DNA of 64,000 nucleotides from Candidatus Latescibacterota bacterium (GTDB taxonomy: Bacteria > Latescibacterota > UBA2968 > UBA8231): the NCBI GenBank assembly GCA_965203355.1, contig OZ241889.1, positions 576,001-640,000 of the forward strand, read 5' to 3'. The translations under genes were made by a program, and so were the position numbers. Numbering within the stretch: the stretch's first letter is position 1; each line of letters begins with the position of its first letter. Shown here piece by piece: positions 41,100 to 51,082 of the stretch. Below the pieces are notes generated by a model. It saw only the letters and a list, made by a program, of their open reading frames with translations, was not told the origin of the DNA and searched no databases.

Positions 41100-41761
41100 A
41101 AATTAGTTCTTTTGCGCTCACTGTGGGGGCCGTTGCGGCATACTACCCAAAAGCAATGGCGCTTCCTCGCATGATGGGCATTTTTCCACCTGGTCGATAC
41201 CATCGGGCCGTTGCGAACCTTGACAATCAGGTCACAGACCACAAATCCGGCTTCTTCGGCCATTGCCATGAAATCACAATGCGCCCATCGCTGGCGATGG
41301 TTGTTAACAATGTCAGTAATCTTTGCCAGTAGCAGTCCGTCAGGCATAAGCACCCGCTTGGCCTGTTTCAGGAACGGCGGGTACAGGTAGCTGAGGCTCC
41401 AATCGTGTTTTTTGCCGCACGGTACGGTAGCACCAAAGTCTACGTCAAACCGCTTTGAACTTTTGTCCCTGCCCTGCGGCCCAACGTGCGGCGGGTCGTA
41501 TACGACAACTGAATAGGAATCGTCTTTGACCCCCGGCATTTCACGGTTGTCTGCAACGATGTCCGGCTTGTACTTCGGGTCTATATCCATTGAGGTTACG
41601 TTCCTGCCCGACTCTTTCCAGAAGCGGCCCGCGTTATGGGTGGCATCAAGAATCGGGTCTGGGTCGATCACTGGGTAAAAGCTCAGCATTTCCTCTAACA
41701 GCTCGTTATCAGACCCCATCCAAACACTGCTAATCGCCTTGTACCGGCCCGCTTGGCTCAT
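41096..41761 (-). CDS. Compact SAM-dependent amino-(N4/N6) DNA methyltransferase-like protein
   Basis: Motif I-like ILDATHNAGRFW, MDID, DPPH catalytic motif and RVLMPDG. Confidence 0.75.
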   Translation of the reverse strand: MSQAGRYKAISSVWMGSDNELLEEMLSFYPVIDPDPILDATHNAGRFWKESGRNVTSMDIDPKYKPDIVADNREMPGVKDDSYSVVVYDPPHVGPQGRDKSSKRFDVDFGATVPCGKKHDWSLSYLYPPFLKQAKRVLMPDGLLLAKITDIVNNHRQRWAHCDFMAMAEEAGFVVCDLIVKVRNGPMVSTRWKNAHHARKRHCFWVVCRNGPHSERKRTNL

Positions 41762-42684
41762 ACTGTCAAATCCCTATAGGTTAGTCGTTTGTTCGCACTG
41801 GCAGCGCACAGAGACTTCATTCTGTCTATGGTGTCCCGTTCGCAATTCCCTTCGTTCAGCCTGAACGTGAACTCATCGACATAGCGTTGCAGGTGCTTGA
41901 AACTGAAATGGTGGAAAGTGCCGTGATAGCCGCGCTTCAGGATCGCCCAGACTGACTCAATCCCGTTGGTGTGCGCCATGCCGTTGACGTACTCCTTGGC
42001 TGAGTGCTTGACGGATTCGTGGTTGAAGAGCACCTCATGCAGGCAGTGGTAGCCCTTGTGCTCGTCAGTGTAGACAGTAGACCAAGCCTGTACATTTGCA
42101 TGCACGAAGCCCTTTAAAGTTTCAGCGTCAGCCCTGGCTATCGCCTTTGCCTTCACGTTGCCTCCCCTTTCACGAGCACCTATAACAACCTGCTTGCCTA
42201 CAGCACCCCGACCTGCTTTCAACTTCTTGCTGTTGTGCTTGTTGCGCTCCTTGCCGCCGATGTAGGTTTCGTCCACCTCAACCACATTGGTCAGCATCCA
42301 GTCGTCCTGCTTGCAAGCCTGGCGTATGCGATGCATCAGGAACCAAGCGGTTTTTTGAGTAACTTCAAGCTCCTTGGAAAGCTGGAGACTGCTGACACTC
42401 TTACGACTGGCCTGCACAAGATATATAGCGTAGAGCCATTGACAAGAGGCAATCGGGAATCCTCGAAAATTGTGCCGTGCCTGACTGTGAAATCTTTTCT
42501 GCAAGACTTGCAGCGGTGGCCGTTGCGTCGCGGTCTGGGGGCGGTGTTTTTGCCGTTGCAGTGCGGACATACAGGCCCGTCCGGCCAGACCTCTTCCTCT
42601 ACAAACTTCACAGCGGAAGCCTCATCAGGAAACAGTTTAAAGAACTCGAAAACTGATATGGTTTTAGCGCGTCTTTTATGTCAT
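41758..42684 (-). pseudogene. IS1595-family DDE transposase with two frameshifts
   Basis: CPHC...CKSC zinc ribbon, EVDETYIGG, YTDE, HTNGIESVW and HLQRYVDEF motifs. Indels near 42678 and 42440. Confidence 0.88.
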
Positions 42685-42877
42685 GATTGATTTCCAATTC
42701 AATTACTTGACCGGATAGAATCTTACACTATATGCCCCAAATTGCAAGCGTTTGGGGCAATAAGTATATAATTCCCAAAATTTGCTCCACCGTCCGTAAT
42801 TGTAGCTCCGGGTATTCGCGCCCTCGGATCGTTACATGGCTGTTCCGCCGAAGGTTCGTCTACTTTCTCCTTCGGCG

Positions 42878-45748
42878 TCACGCGCATCCCGCAACCCGCT
42901 CCCGCAAGGCCGGCAGCAACCGCGCCACTGCGTCCTCCAACAACGCCAAGGCATCCTCAGCGTCGGCAAACGCTGCCTCGCGCCCGATTTCCTCTAGCCG
43001 ATGCGCAGCCGCGGCCACCTGCTCCGCCCCGAAAACGCCCGCCGACCCCTTGAGCGTATGCGCGGCCCGCCGCAACTCAGGGCCATTCGCAGCCGCGAGG
43101 TGATCGCGGATCTGCTGCATCAGCTTGGGGCACTCGGCAAAAAACATCTCGGCCAATTCGCGCAACAAGCCCTCGTCGCCGCCGACGCGCTCAAGCGCAA
43201 GATCCCACGCAAAAGGCAAATCCGCCGACGCGGGCAGTTCGGCCTCGGCACCTTCCACGGCCGCGTACAGCTCGTGCGGGCGCACTGGCTTGGCAACGTA
43301 ACCGTCCATACCCGCCGCCAAAAAGCGGTCGCGATCGCCTTTCATGGCGTGGGCCGTCATGGCAATGATCGGGACGTGCCCGCCGGTCTGGGCCTCTGCC
43401 CGGCGAATGGCCGCCGTTGCCTCTAGGCCGTCCATCTCCGGCATTTGCACGTCCATCAGCACCGCGTCAAAGGGCTGCGCGGCCACTTGCTCCACGGCTG
43501 CACGGCCATTGCTCACTACCACTACTGAGTGGCCGCGTTCCTCTAACAGCCGCACGGCCACCTGTTGGTTGATCGCCCCATCTTCGGCCAAGAGAACGCG
43601 GCGCCCCTCGACCGACTCGTCTCCGGGCATTGCATCGCGCCTTGTTTCCTTCGACGGGACAGCGGCGACGGCCTCGCTAATGGCCTCAAGCAGGTCGGAT
43701 TGTTTGATCGGCTTGAGCAGGCTGTGGGCAATGCCCAAGGAGCGCGACCGCGCACTGTACCCGGCGCGGTCGGCCGAGGAAAGCAGCAGCACCGGCACTT
43801 GGGCAAACGCCGCATTCTCGCGGATTATCGCCACCGTTTCTAGGCCGTCCATCTCCGGCATCATCAGATCCATCAGCACGAGGCCAAAGGGTGGCGTCGC
43901 GGCCTCCAAGGCGGCGATGGCAGCCGCGCCGCTCTCCACGAGCTCGACTTCCATCGCCCAGCTTTTGAGGAGCTCTTCGAGAATCCGCCGATTGGTCGCG
44001 TGATCGTCCACAACTAAAACCTTTAGCCCCCGCAGCGAGACCAGATCGGGGCACTTGGTCTTGGACGTCCCCAATCCCAAGCGCACCGTGCAGTAAAAAG
44101 TGCTGCCTTGCCCCTCCTCGCTTTCGACCCAGATGCGGCCCCCCATCAGCTCGACTAGCTGCTGCGAGATGGCCAAGCCCAAGCCAGAGCCGCCAAAACG
44201 CCGCGAGGTCGAGCTATCGACTTGGCTGAAAGATTCGAATATGCGCGCCTGTTTCTCCGGCGCGATGCCGATCCCGGTGTCGCGCACCCAGAGGCGCAAA
44301 CACACCGCATCTGGCAACGCCTCTTCCACGGCCATGCCAACTTCCACTTCGCCTTCCTCGGTGAACTTGACGGCATTGCCCACCAAGTTGATCACCACTT
44401 GGCGCAAGCGACGCGGGTCGCCGACTAAGCGGTCGGGCACGGCCGCGGGAATGTGGTACACGAGCTCGATGTTTTTGCTCGCCGCGTGCATGGCCAAGGT
44501 CTGCACGGCATTGCCCACCTCGTCGCGCAGATCAAACTCGATCTCCTCTAAGGCCAAGCGGCCTGCTTCTACTTTGGAAAAGTCGAGGATGTCGTTGAGC
44601 AGGGACAGCAGGGCTTCCGCCGACTGCTGGACCAAGGTCAAGTAGTTGCGTTGCTGCGCTTCGAGCCGGGTGCGCGCCAACAGCTCGGTCATGCCGATGA
44701 TGCCGTTCATGGGGGTGCGGATCTCGTGGCTCATATTGGCCAAGAACGCGCTCTTGGCGTGGTTGGCCGCTTCGGCCTGCTCTTTGGCGCCGCGCAGGGC
44801 CTCCTGCGACTCTTCGAGGGCCAACAAAGCCTCGTGCTCGGATTGCGCCGTCGCTGCGGTTAGGCGGTATTGCTCTTGTAGCTGCTCTTCCGAGCGCCGC
44901 CTTTCCGCATCAACCCGTGAAAGCGACGCGGCGTTCCACCAAATAATCAGGGCAAAGGCCAAGATGTTGAGCAGCGTAAAGAGCGAAAGGCCAAACTCGT
45001 AGCCATAGAGGGCCTCGCCTTGCAGGCGCACCCAGTCGAGCAAGAGGGGAATGACAAATGCGGCCGGCAAGAGGCGCCGCGCCACCGAGCCGCCCTCGGT
45101 GGTGCTGATGATGGTGGCGACCGGCTCGCGGTGCGGGCGAGCGCAGAGCAAGCCAAAGCAGAGGATGAGAAATTCGGTCGCCGTGTCCGGGATGACCGGC
45201 ACGTACCCGGCGATCCCGTAGAGCAGGAGCACGTTGTGGAAGTAACTGCTCATCGACAATAGCCCAACGGCCGTTGCCGCGATCCCGCACCCATGCCACA
45301 GGTAGGCGCGGCCCCGCACCTGCACGTCCATCAGCACCAAAGCCAAGCCGATTAGCAAAAAGGAAAACGCCGCATTGGGCGACATTCGGTAGCCGCCCAG
45401 CTTGAAGTAAAAAAGGTAGGTATCGACGCCGCGTTCCCAGTTGTATTGGTAGCCGATCAACTTGAGCACGGCGATGAGCACCACGGTCGCCCCTAACACC
45501 ACGCCCACGGACCGCCGCCAGCGGCTCAGCGGCTCGGCCTGCAACAACAAAAGCGACGCGCCGGCCAAAATAAACTCCATCGCCACGAGCGGGTGCGTCG
45601 CCACCCAACTGACGTGCATGAAGCTTTTGAGGTATTCGTTGTTGGTGTGCCAGCCCCACAGCACCAGCGCACCCACGAGCACGGTCGTGGAAGCGGCCAA
45701 TCGCGCCAACCTGCCGGTCCAGCGCAGGAAGCGGGGATCGCCCCCCAT
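42878..45748 (-). CDS. Hybrid sensor histidine kinase (multi-TM, HisKA, HATPase, two REC, HPt)
   Basis: [30 protein letters not shown], two MD..MP REC domains and AHTLKG. Confidence 0.95.
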   Translation of the reverse strand: MGGDPRFLRWTGRLARLAASTTVLVGALVLWGWHTNNEYLKSFMHVSWVATHPLVAMEFILAGASLLLLQAEPLSRWRRSVGVVLGATVVLIAVLKLIGYQYNWERGVDTYLFYFKLGGYRMSPNAAFSFLLIGLALVLMDVQVRGRAYLWHGCGIAATAVGLLSMSSYFHNVLLLYGIAGYVPVIPDTATEFLILCFGLLCARPHREPVATIISTTEGGSVARRLLPAAFVIPLLLDWVRLQGEALYGYEFGLSLFTLLNILAFALIIWWNAASLSRVDAERRRSEEQLQEQYRLTAATAQSEHEALLALEESQEALRGAKEQAEAANHAKSAFLANMSHEIRTPMNGIIGMTELLARTRLEAQQRNYLTLVQQSAEALLSLLNDILDFSKVEAGRLALEEIEFDLRDEVGNAVQTLAMHAASKNIELVYHIPAAVPDRLVGDPRRLRQVVINLVGNAVKFTEEGEVEVGMAVEEALPDAVCLRLWVRDTGIGIAPEKQARIFESFSQVDSSTSRRFGGSGLGLAISQQLVELMGGRIWVESEEGQGSTFYCTVRLGLGTSKTKCPDLVSLRGLKVLVVDDHATNRRILEELLKSWAMEVELVESGAAAIAALEAATPPFGLVLMDLMMPEMDGLETVAIIRENAAFAQVPVLLLSSADRAGYSARSRSLGIAHSLLKPIKQSDLLEAISEAVAAVPSKETRRDAMPGDESVEGRRVLLAEDGAINQQVAVRLLEERGHSVVVVSNGRAAVEQVAAQPFDAVLMDVQMPEMDGLEATAAIRRAEAQTGGHVPIIAMTAHAMKGDRDRFLAAGMDGYVAKPVRPHELYAAVEGAEAELPASADLPFAWDLALERVGGDEGLLRELAEMFFAECPKLMQQIRDHLAAANGPELRRAAHTLKGSAGVFGAEQVAAAAHRLEEIGREAAFADAEDALALLEDAVARLLPALRERVAGCA

Positions 45749-45750
45749 AG

Positions 45751-46122
45751 CTAACCTGCTACGGCCTCCCGGATAGACCGCGCCAAACTCTCGCCATTGA
45801 TCTGCGTTTTGATTAGGTAATCGCACGCGCCGGCCGCGACGGCCTCTTCGGCCAGCACTTCGTCATCGAGGCCCGTCAGGACCAGTACGGGGATGTTCGG
45901 GACGGTTGCTTTGACGCGCTCAAAGGTGGCTAGCTCTTGGCTGTCGGGCAGTACGAGATCGAGGAGAATCGCGTCAATGCCACCGGCTTCTAACCGCACC
46001 AAGCCAGCCGCTAAGTTATCGACCGCCTCCACGGCAAATTCCGGTTTTAGAAAGCCCTGCAACAGGCGCGCGTGAATGGGATTGTCCTCAAAGAGCAGGA
46101 CGGATATAGGGCAATTAGTCAT
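45751..46122 (-). CDS. Single-domain response regulator
   Basis: [13 protein letters not shown] and YLIK motifs. Confidence 0.9.
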   Translation of the reverse strand: MTNCPISVLLFEDNPIHARLLQGFLKPEFAVEAVDNLAAGLVRLEAGGIDAILLDLVLPDSQELATFERVKATVPNIPVLVLTGLDDEVLAEEAVAAGACDYLIKTQINGESLARSIREAVAG

Positions 46123-46136
46123 AGTGCGTTATTGGT

Positions 46137-46225
46137 CCAGTGGCCGGTAGCCAGTGGCCGGTAGCCAGTGGCCGGTGGCCAGTTCCCTGCCTGACCACTG
46201 ATCACTGGCCACTGACCACTGACCA
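46137..46225. repeat. Inverted arrays of heptamer tandem repeats
   Basis: About six CCRGTRG units (46137-46183) facing five CTGRYCA units (46191-46225). Confidence 0.85.
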
Positions 46226-46795
46226 CTAGTAATACGGATTTTCTCCGGCGGCGTGATCTGTCGCGTCAACCACGGCTTCCACTTCGGGCACGGCTTCCTT
46301 GATCATGCGGATGATGCCCTGTTTGAGCGTCACATCCGCTTGGCCGCAGCCCTGACAGCCCCCGCCCATCTGCACGAAGACCGTGTCGCCTTTGATGTCT
46401 ACTAAGGTCACCACGCCGCCGTGAGAGGCCACGCCCGGGTTGATTTGGGTTTCGATGACGCGGTGGACGGCCTCGGCCACCGGGCCGCTCAGGTGCTCAG
46501 GCATCTTGCGCGGCCGCTCGATCTTGAAGCCCGAACCCATCAGCCCATCTACGTAATCCACCTTGGCTTCCGCCAACAGGTCGGCACTTTCGGGGTCCAT
46601 GTACACGTCAAAGCCCGAAAAGTGGACGACCTGATCGTCGCCGTCTATCTGCTGGTCGGAGATGAAGGCCAGCCTGTAGTCAACCTGATTAGCCGGGTCG
46701 AGGCGCGCGCCGATGCGCAGGCCCTTGACCGGCTTTTCGCTCGCGGCGACTAGGTTGGCAATTTTCTGCTCTGCTGCTTCAGTAATGGTAATCAT
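46226..46795 (-). CDS. nfuA: NfuA-like Fe-S biogenesis protein (degenerate IscA-like plus NifU domains)
   Basis: ITITEAA...GLRI, INPGVASHGG, GGGCQGC and DH..GENPYY motifs. Confidence 0.85.
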   Translation of the reverse strand: MITITEAAEQKIANLVAASEKPVKGLRIGARLDPANQVDYRLAFISDQQIDGDDQVVHFSGFDVYMDPESADLLAEAKVDYVDGLMGSGFKIERPRKMPEHLSGPVAEAVHRVIETQINPGVASHGGVVTLVDIKGDTVFVQMGGGCQGCGQADVTLKQGIIRMIKEAVPEVEAVVDATDHAAGENPYY

Positions 46796-47055
46796 GGCCT
46801 GTCCTTCGGCGGGGTGAGCTACGAGGCGTGAACAGAATGTACGCGGCATCCCCAAAGCGTCAAGCTGCCAATCAACATCTTGTACGGGGGCTAACATGCG
46901 TCCCAGAACAGCCGCCTGCCCGTAACCTTTTATCCGCCGACGGCAGGGAAATCGACCTATTATTAGGCAGGCTTTGTTCCGCTTAAAATCAAAATGACCG
47001 ATCGATTGGTGTTGCACTCGTTGGTGCTCTCCAATGACGGCGCTAGACGAGGGCA

Positions 47056-49581
47056 TTACAGCCGCGGGTCAACCGACTCGCTTTCCAACGCCAAGACCCC
47101 AAAGACGCATTCGTGTACTCGGCGCAAGGATTGCCCGGCGACAAACCGCTCCAAGCCCTCCACGCCCAGCGCGAATTCACGCCGGGCCAACGCCTGCTTG
47201 CCCTTGAGATTGCGGCGGCGCAACAGCGCTATGCGCTCCGTGTACTCAGGCCCGTAGATAAGCCGCAAATACGCACGGCCCCGGCACTTGAGCGCCGGCT
47301 GCACCAGGCCGCGCCCGTTGGTGCAGACAAAGTTCAAGGGTTTGGCGACGAGTCCCTCGCCGCCGCTTGCGGTCAATTCCTCCCACCACCTTACTACTTC
47401 GCTGCTGCTCTGCATATCGTCTAAAACCACCCGTCGGCGATCGAGCGCACACAGCAACTCAGGCTCGGCCGCGCAGAGCTTGTCCAAGGTCTCCAGATGC
47501 CAGGCGTGGGTCTGGTTGACGTGGACCTGTCCCGCCGTGGCCAGGAGGTGAAAAGGAGCCACTTTGAGATCCTCGAGCGAACGCACGGGCCAGCAGTAGG
47601 GGCGATAGGCCGCGGCGTAATGGGCCACGGACTCGGCCCGGCGGCGGCAACGGCTCAACAACTCGCCCACGGCTACGCCCCGTGCCGCCGCCTGCTCCAG
47701 CACACCTGCGGACGCGGCCAGCGACACCCGGGCGGCCGCGCCCACGGCCGCGTACTGGCTTTCAAGCAGCGGCTGCGCTTTGGCGGACCAAGGCATGATT
47801 TCGGCGTCGAGTATCGCCCAGTCCGTCTCCAGTACACTCCACAGTTCGCTGCGCTCAAAGGCCCGGCGCACGTGGTCCAAGACCCCGGTTTCCAAGCCTA
47901 CATCCGCAAAGAAGCGGCGGCCCGTGCGCGTGTAGCAGATGCCCGCGCTGCCGTCCTCTATGCCGAAACACCGCTGCGCGGTCGCCGGGTCGCGGCAGAC
48001 GACCAACACGGCCCGCGAGCCCATCTGCTTCTCCTCGCAGACGAGCTCGCGCACACCACAGCGGCGATAGTACGCCAAGACCTCGTCTGGGTGTTCGAGC
48101 AGGTCGGAGCGGGTGCTAGTTTGGGGTGGGGCCATCGTCGGCGGCAGATAGACCAGCCACCGGGGATCAACGGCAAAGCGGCTCATCACCTCCAGCGCCG
48201 CCGCCGCCCGCTCGGCATGAACGGTAACTCGACCCATCAACCGCGTCTCCACCCTCCGGCCTTCAGCCACATCCGCTAAGTCGAGTACATCGTCGCGCGT
48301 TGGTTGCGCCGCCAAGGGGCGGACCGGCTCGGAGTACCGCGCCTTGGCCGGAACGGATACGAGCTCCAGCTCGGGATAGCGCAGCGCCGTCAGCGCACCG
48401 CCAAACACGCAGCCGGTGTCGATGTTGATCGCGTTGTTGACCCACTCGGGCTGCGCCACCGGCGTGTGGCCATAGACGACGCGCGCACGGCCCCGATACT
48501 CGGCCGCCCAGTCGCGGCGCACCGGCAGACCAAACTCGTCCACCTCGCCCGTCGGATCCCCGTATAGGGCGAACGCCCGCACAGCCCCGGAGGCGCGGCC
48601 AGCCAGTTCCTCCTTCATGCCAGCGTGCGCTACCACCAACGCCCCGCCGTCGAGGACGTAGTGGCTGACCAAGCCACCGAGAAAGGTTTCGACTTTGTTC
48701 TTGAACGCCGCCGTCTCGCCAGCGAGTTGGGTCAGCGTCTCTGCCAAGCCGTGCGTGCGTTGAACTTTTCTGCCCTGCAAGGCTCGGACCAAGCGCACGT
48801 CGTGGTTGCCCGGTACGCACAAGGCCGCGCCCGACTCCACCAGGCGCATGACCAGCGCGAGGACGCCAGGGGCATTGGGGCCGCGGTCCACCAAGTCGCC
48901 GACAAAGACGGCCTTGCGCCCTAGCGGCGGCTCCACCTTTTCCCTTGCGATGCGATACCCTAGCTGGTTGAGCAGGGCTTCGAGTTCGGCGCAACACCCG
49001 TGGACATCGCCGATAATGTCAAACGGACCGCGCTCTTCGCGGCGGTCGGGCCACAGCTTTTCCCGCACCACTTCGACCCGCGCCACGTCTGCGGGCGAGC
49101 GCAGCGCAAAGGTGCGGCGAAAGCCCTCGCGCTTGAGGCCCTTGAGGCTGCGGCGTAGCTGGCGGTATTGCCGGGGGATTACGTGGGGGGGCAAGTCGCG
49201 GTCGGAGCGCCCGGCCGCGCGCTCTTCGCAGAGCGATTGGGGCAGGTCGAAGACGATGGCCACCGGCTGGGCGTGGTAGCACTTGGCCAGTTCCACCAGC
49301 GGCTTGCGCGCCTCGGGCTGGACGTTAGTCGCATCTATCACGGTCAACAGGCCCCGCGCCAAGCGGCGGGCGGCGACAAAGTGCAGAGAGGCAAACGCAT
49401 CGTCCGTGGCCTCTAGGCTGTTTTCGTCATCTGCGACCAAGGCGCGAAAAGAGTCCGCGGACAACACCTCAGTCGGGCGGAAGTACTCGCGGGCAAAGGT
49501 CGATTTGCCCGCGCTAGAAACGCCGATTAGCACTACTAGCGAGAGGTCGGGTATCGAGAGGCGAATTTTCTCGTCAGCCAC
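47056..49581 (-). CDS. pnkp: Bacterial polynucleotide kinase-phosphatase-ligase (Pnkp)
   Basis: P-loop GVSSAGKST. Phosphoesterase GDVHG/GDLVDRG/GNHD. Ligase EEKQMGSR, EGLVAKP and C-terminal DPRL. Confidence 0.95.
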   Translation of the reverse strand: MADEKIRLSIPDLSLVVLIGVSSAGKSTFAREYFRPTEVLSADSFRALVADDENSLEATDDAFASLHFVAARRLARGLLTVIDATNVQPEARKPLVELAKCYHAQPVAIVFDLPQSLCEERAAGRSDRDLPPHVIPRQYRQLRRSLKGLKREGFRRTFALRSPADVARVEVVREKLWPDRREERGPFDIIGDVHGCCAELEALLNQLGYRIAREKVEPPLGRKAVFVGDLVDRGPNAPGVLALVMRLVESGAALCVPGNHDVRLVRALQGRKVQRTHGLAETLTQLAGETAAFKNKVETFLGGLVSHYVLDGGALVVAHAGMKEELAGRASGAVRAFALYGDPTGEVDEFGLPVRRDWAAEYRGRARVVYGHTPVAQPEWVNNAINIDTGCVFGGALTALRYPELELVSVPAKARYSEPVRPLAAQPTRDDVLDLADVAEGRRVETRLMGRVTVHAERAAAALEVMSRFAVDPRWLVYLPPTMAPPQTSTRSDLLEHPDEVLAYYRRCGVRELVCEEKQMGSRAVLVVCRDPATAQRCFGIEDGSAGICYTRTGRRFFADVGLETGVLDHVRRAFERSELWSVLETDWAILDAEIMPWSAKAQPLLESQYAAVGAAARVSLAASAGVLEQAAARGVAVGELLSRCRRRAESVAHYAAAYRPYCWPVRSLEDLKVAPFHLLATAGQVHVNQTHAWHLETLDKLCAAEPELLCALDRRRVVLDDMQSSSEVVRWWEELTASGGEGLVAKPLNFVCTNGRGLVQPALKCRGRAYLRLIYGPEYTERIALLRRRNLKGKQALARREFALGVEGLERFVAGQSLRRVHECVFGVLALESESVDPRL

Positions 49582-50941
49582 GAGTACCCCTCGCAGAGAA
49601 AATCGCCATCTGCGTCGGTGCGCCTAGATCGGGATCCTCCGGGCCGATGGGCGCGATGCGCACGGCATATCCATAGCGTCTCCCTACCTCCTCGGCCCAC
49701 GCCCGGAATTCCGCGCGCCGCCACTCAAAGCGGTGGTCGGGATGGCGAAATGCACCGGCCAGCAGCGCGGGCCAATGGGCATTGTACTCCGCGTTAGGGG
49801 TGGTTATCACGACCGTAGCGGGACGGGCAAACTCGAACACAACGCGCTCGCAGGTCCGTAACTGCGGCGGCTCCAAATGCTCGACGACTTCCACCAGTGC
49901 CGCCGCGTCGTACCCACTCAATCGGGCGTCGCGATAGGACAGCGAGCCTTGAAATACTGCGACCTGTTCGCCGTGCGGCAACCTCGCTAGCCGCTGGCGG
50001 GCGCGAGCCAAGGCTTGCGGCGACACGTCCATTCCCGCCACTTCGGTAAACTGCGCTTCCGCCGCTAACTGCGCGAGCAGCCTTCCTTCTCCGCAGCCGA
50101 GGTCCAGCACCCGCCCGGCACCGCTCGCCTTGAGTTCCGCGAACACGGCGGCTAATCGCTGCTGGTTCAAGCTCAGTTCCGCTTCAAGAGCCTCTTCTTC
50201 GGCCTCGCCTGCTTCCTCTACCAAAAGCCGCGACAGCGCCACCTGCTTCAGACCTCGCTGATGCTTTAGGTAGCGCTCGATGACTAAGTCGCGCAGTGGG
50301 TGACCTGTGAGCCACTCTCCGCCCCGCCGCATCAGCTTGTCGATCTCTTCCTCGCCCACGTAGTAGTGCTTCTCGTCGTCGAGCACTGGTATCAACACGT
50401 ACAGATGTGCCAGCACTTCTTTTAACGGCTGCACACCCGCTAGCTCGACTTCGTAATAGGGGCTGTTTCCCCACGCTGGAAAGTGCTCGTCGAGCAAGAA
50501 GCCTCTGGCTTCCACTGCATATCCCAACGGCTCAAAGAGACCGCGCAACAAGTCCTCGCCGCCGCGACAGGGCAGCACGCTAACGCCGACCCGTAGCGGC
50601 AGGGCTTCTCCTACCAGCTCAGCCCGTTCGCGGCACTGTCCGTTCAAGGCCGAGGTAAACACGCGGGCAATGGATACGCTAGTAAAAGAAGAGGCCGCGT
50701 ACGGACGGTCGTTGACATAAGACGCCAGCGCAACGTTGGGGGATGCCGAGCGACGCTTGAGCGCGGTTGGCTCTACGTCGAGGAGCAGCGCGGCCGTGCA
50801 TCGCTCAGCCGAGGCTTCTGGATAGAAGACGTGCGCCGTCCCAAAAGGCAGTTCAAAGGCTTGGGTGCGGTCTGGGTGCTTGTGCAGGAGATAGCCCAAG
50901 TCCGTGGCGGGTTGATGGACCGTACTTATGGTCAGGAGCAC
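49574..50941 (-). CDS. hen1: 3'-terminal RNA ribose 2'-O-methyltransferase Hen1
   Basis: ATDLGYLLHKHP, YVNDRPY, DLGCGEG, EVVEH, TTPN.EYN and RHPDHRFEW motifs. Confidence 0.95.
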   Translation of the reverse strand: MLLTISTVHQPATDLGYLLHKHPDRTQAFELPFGTAHVFYPEASAERCTAALLLDVEPTALKRRSASPNVALASYVNDRPYAASSFTSVSIARVFTSALNGQCRERAELVGEALPLRVGVSVLPCRGGEDLLRGLFEPLGYAVEARGFLLDEHFPAWGNSPYYEVELAGVQPLKEVLAHLYVLIPVLDDEKHYYVGEEEIDKLMRRGGEWLTGHPLRDLVIERYLKHQRGLKQVALSRLLVEEAGEAEEEALEAELSLNQQRLAAVFAELKASGAGRVLDLGCGEGRLLAQLAAEAQFTEVAGMDVSPQALARARQRLARLPHGEQVAVFQGSLSYRDARLSGYDAAALVEVVEHLEPPQLRTCERVVFEFARPATVVITTPNAEYNAHWPALLAGAFRHPDHRFEWRRAEFRAWAEEVGRRYGYAVRIAPIGPEDPDLGAPTQMAIFSARGTRG

Positions 50942-51082
50942 AGTGCCCGCCCGATGGCAGAATATGGGTTCTGGGGTGTTTTAATGGACATTTTCGGGTC
51001 GAGGATTTACCTTCTAGGCTATTAATCACTCCTCACCCGTCAAAGGTAGGTAAAAATGTCCGAGCCCGTAAGGAGGCCCCCC

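Larger units (their letters stand above)
40515..42776 (-). mobile_element. IS1595-family transporter IS with passenger R-M genes; one end missing
   Basis: IS1595 transposase. Terminal GGGAATTATATACTTA (minus strand, 42776-42761). Lower GC than the flanks. No matching second IR found. Confidence 0.75.

Noticed and set aside
45749-46122. Frameshifted fusion of the response regulator and histidine kinase
   Set aside because: The regulator ends cleanly at 45751 and the kinase has its own ATG at 45748, so these are two normal genes.
46137-46225. CRISPR array
   Set aside because: These are 7-bp tandem units without unique spacers, and there are no cas genes in the window.
46800-47055. Riboswitch or ncRNA in the long spacers (also 14164-14329, 39040-39245, 54506-54746)
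   Set aside because: I could not recognise any conserved RNA motif by eye. An Rfam/Infernal scan would be needed.
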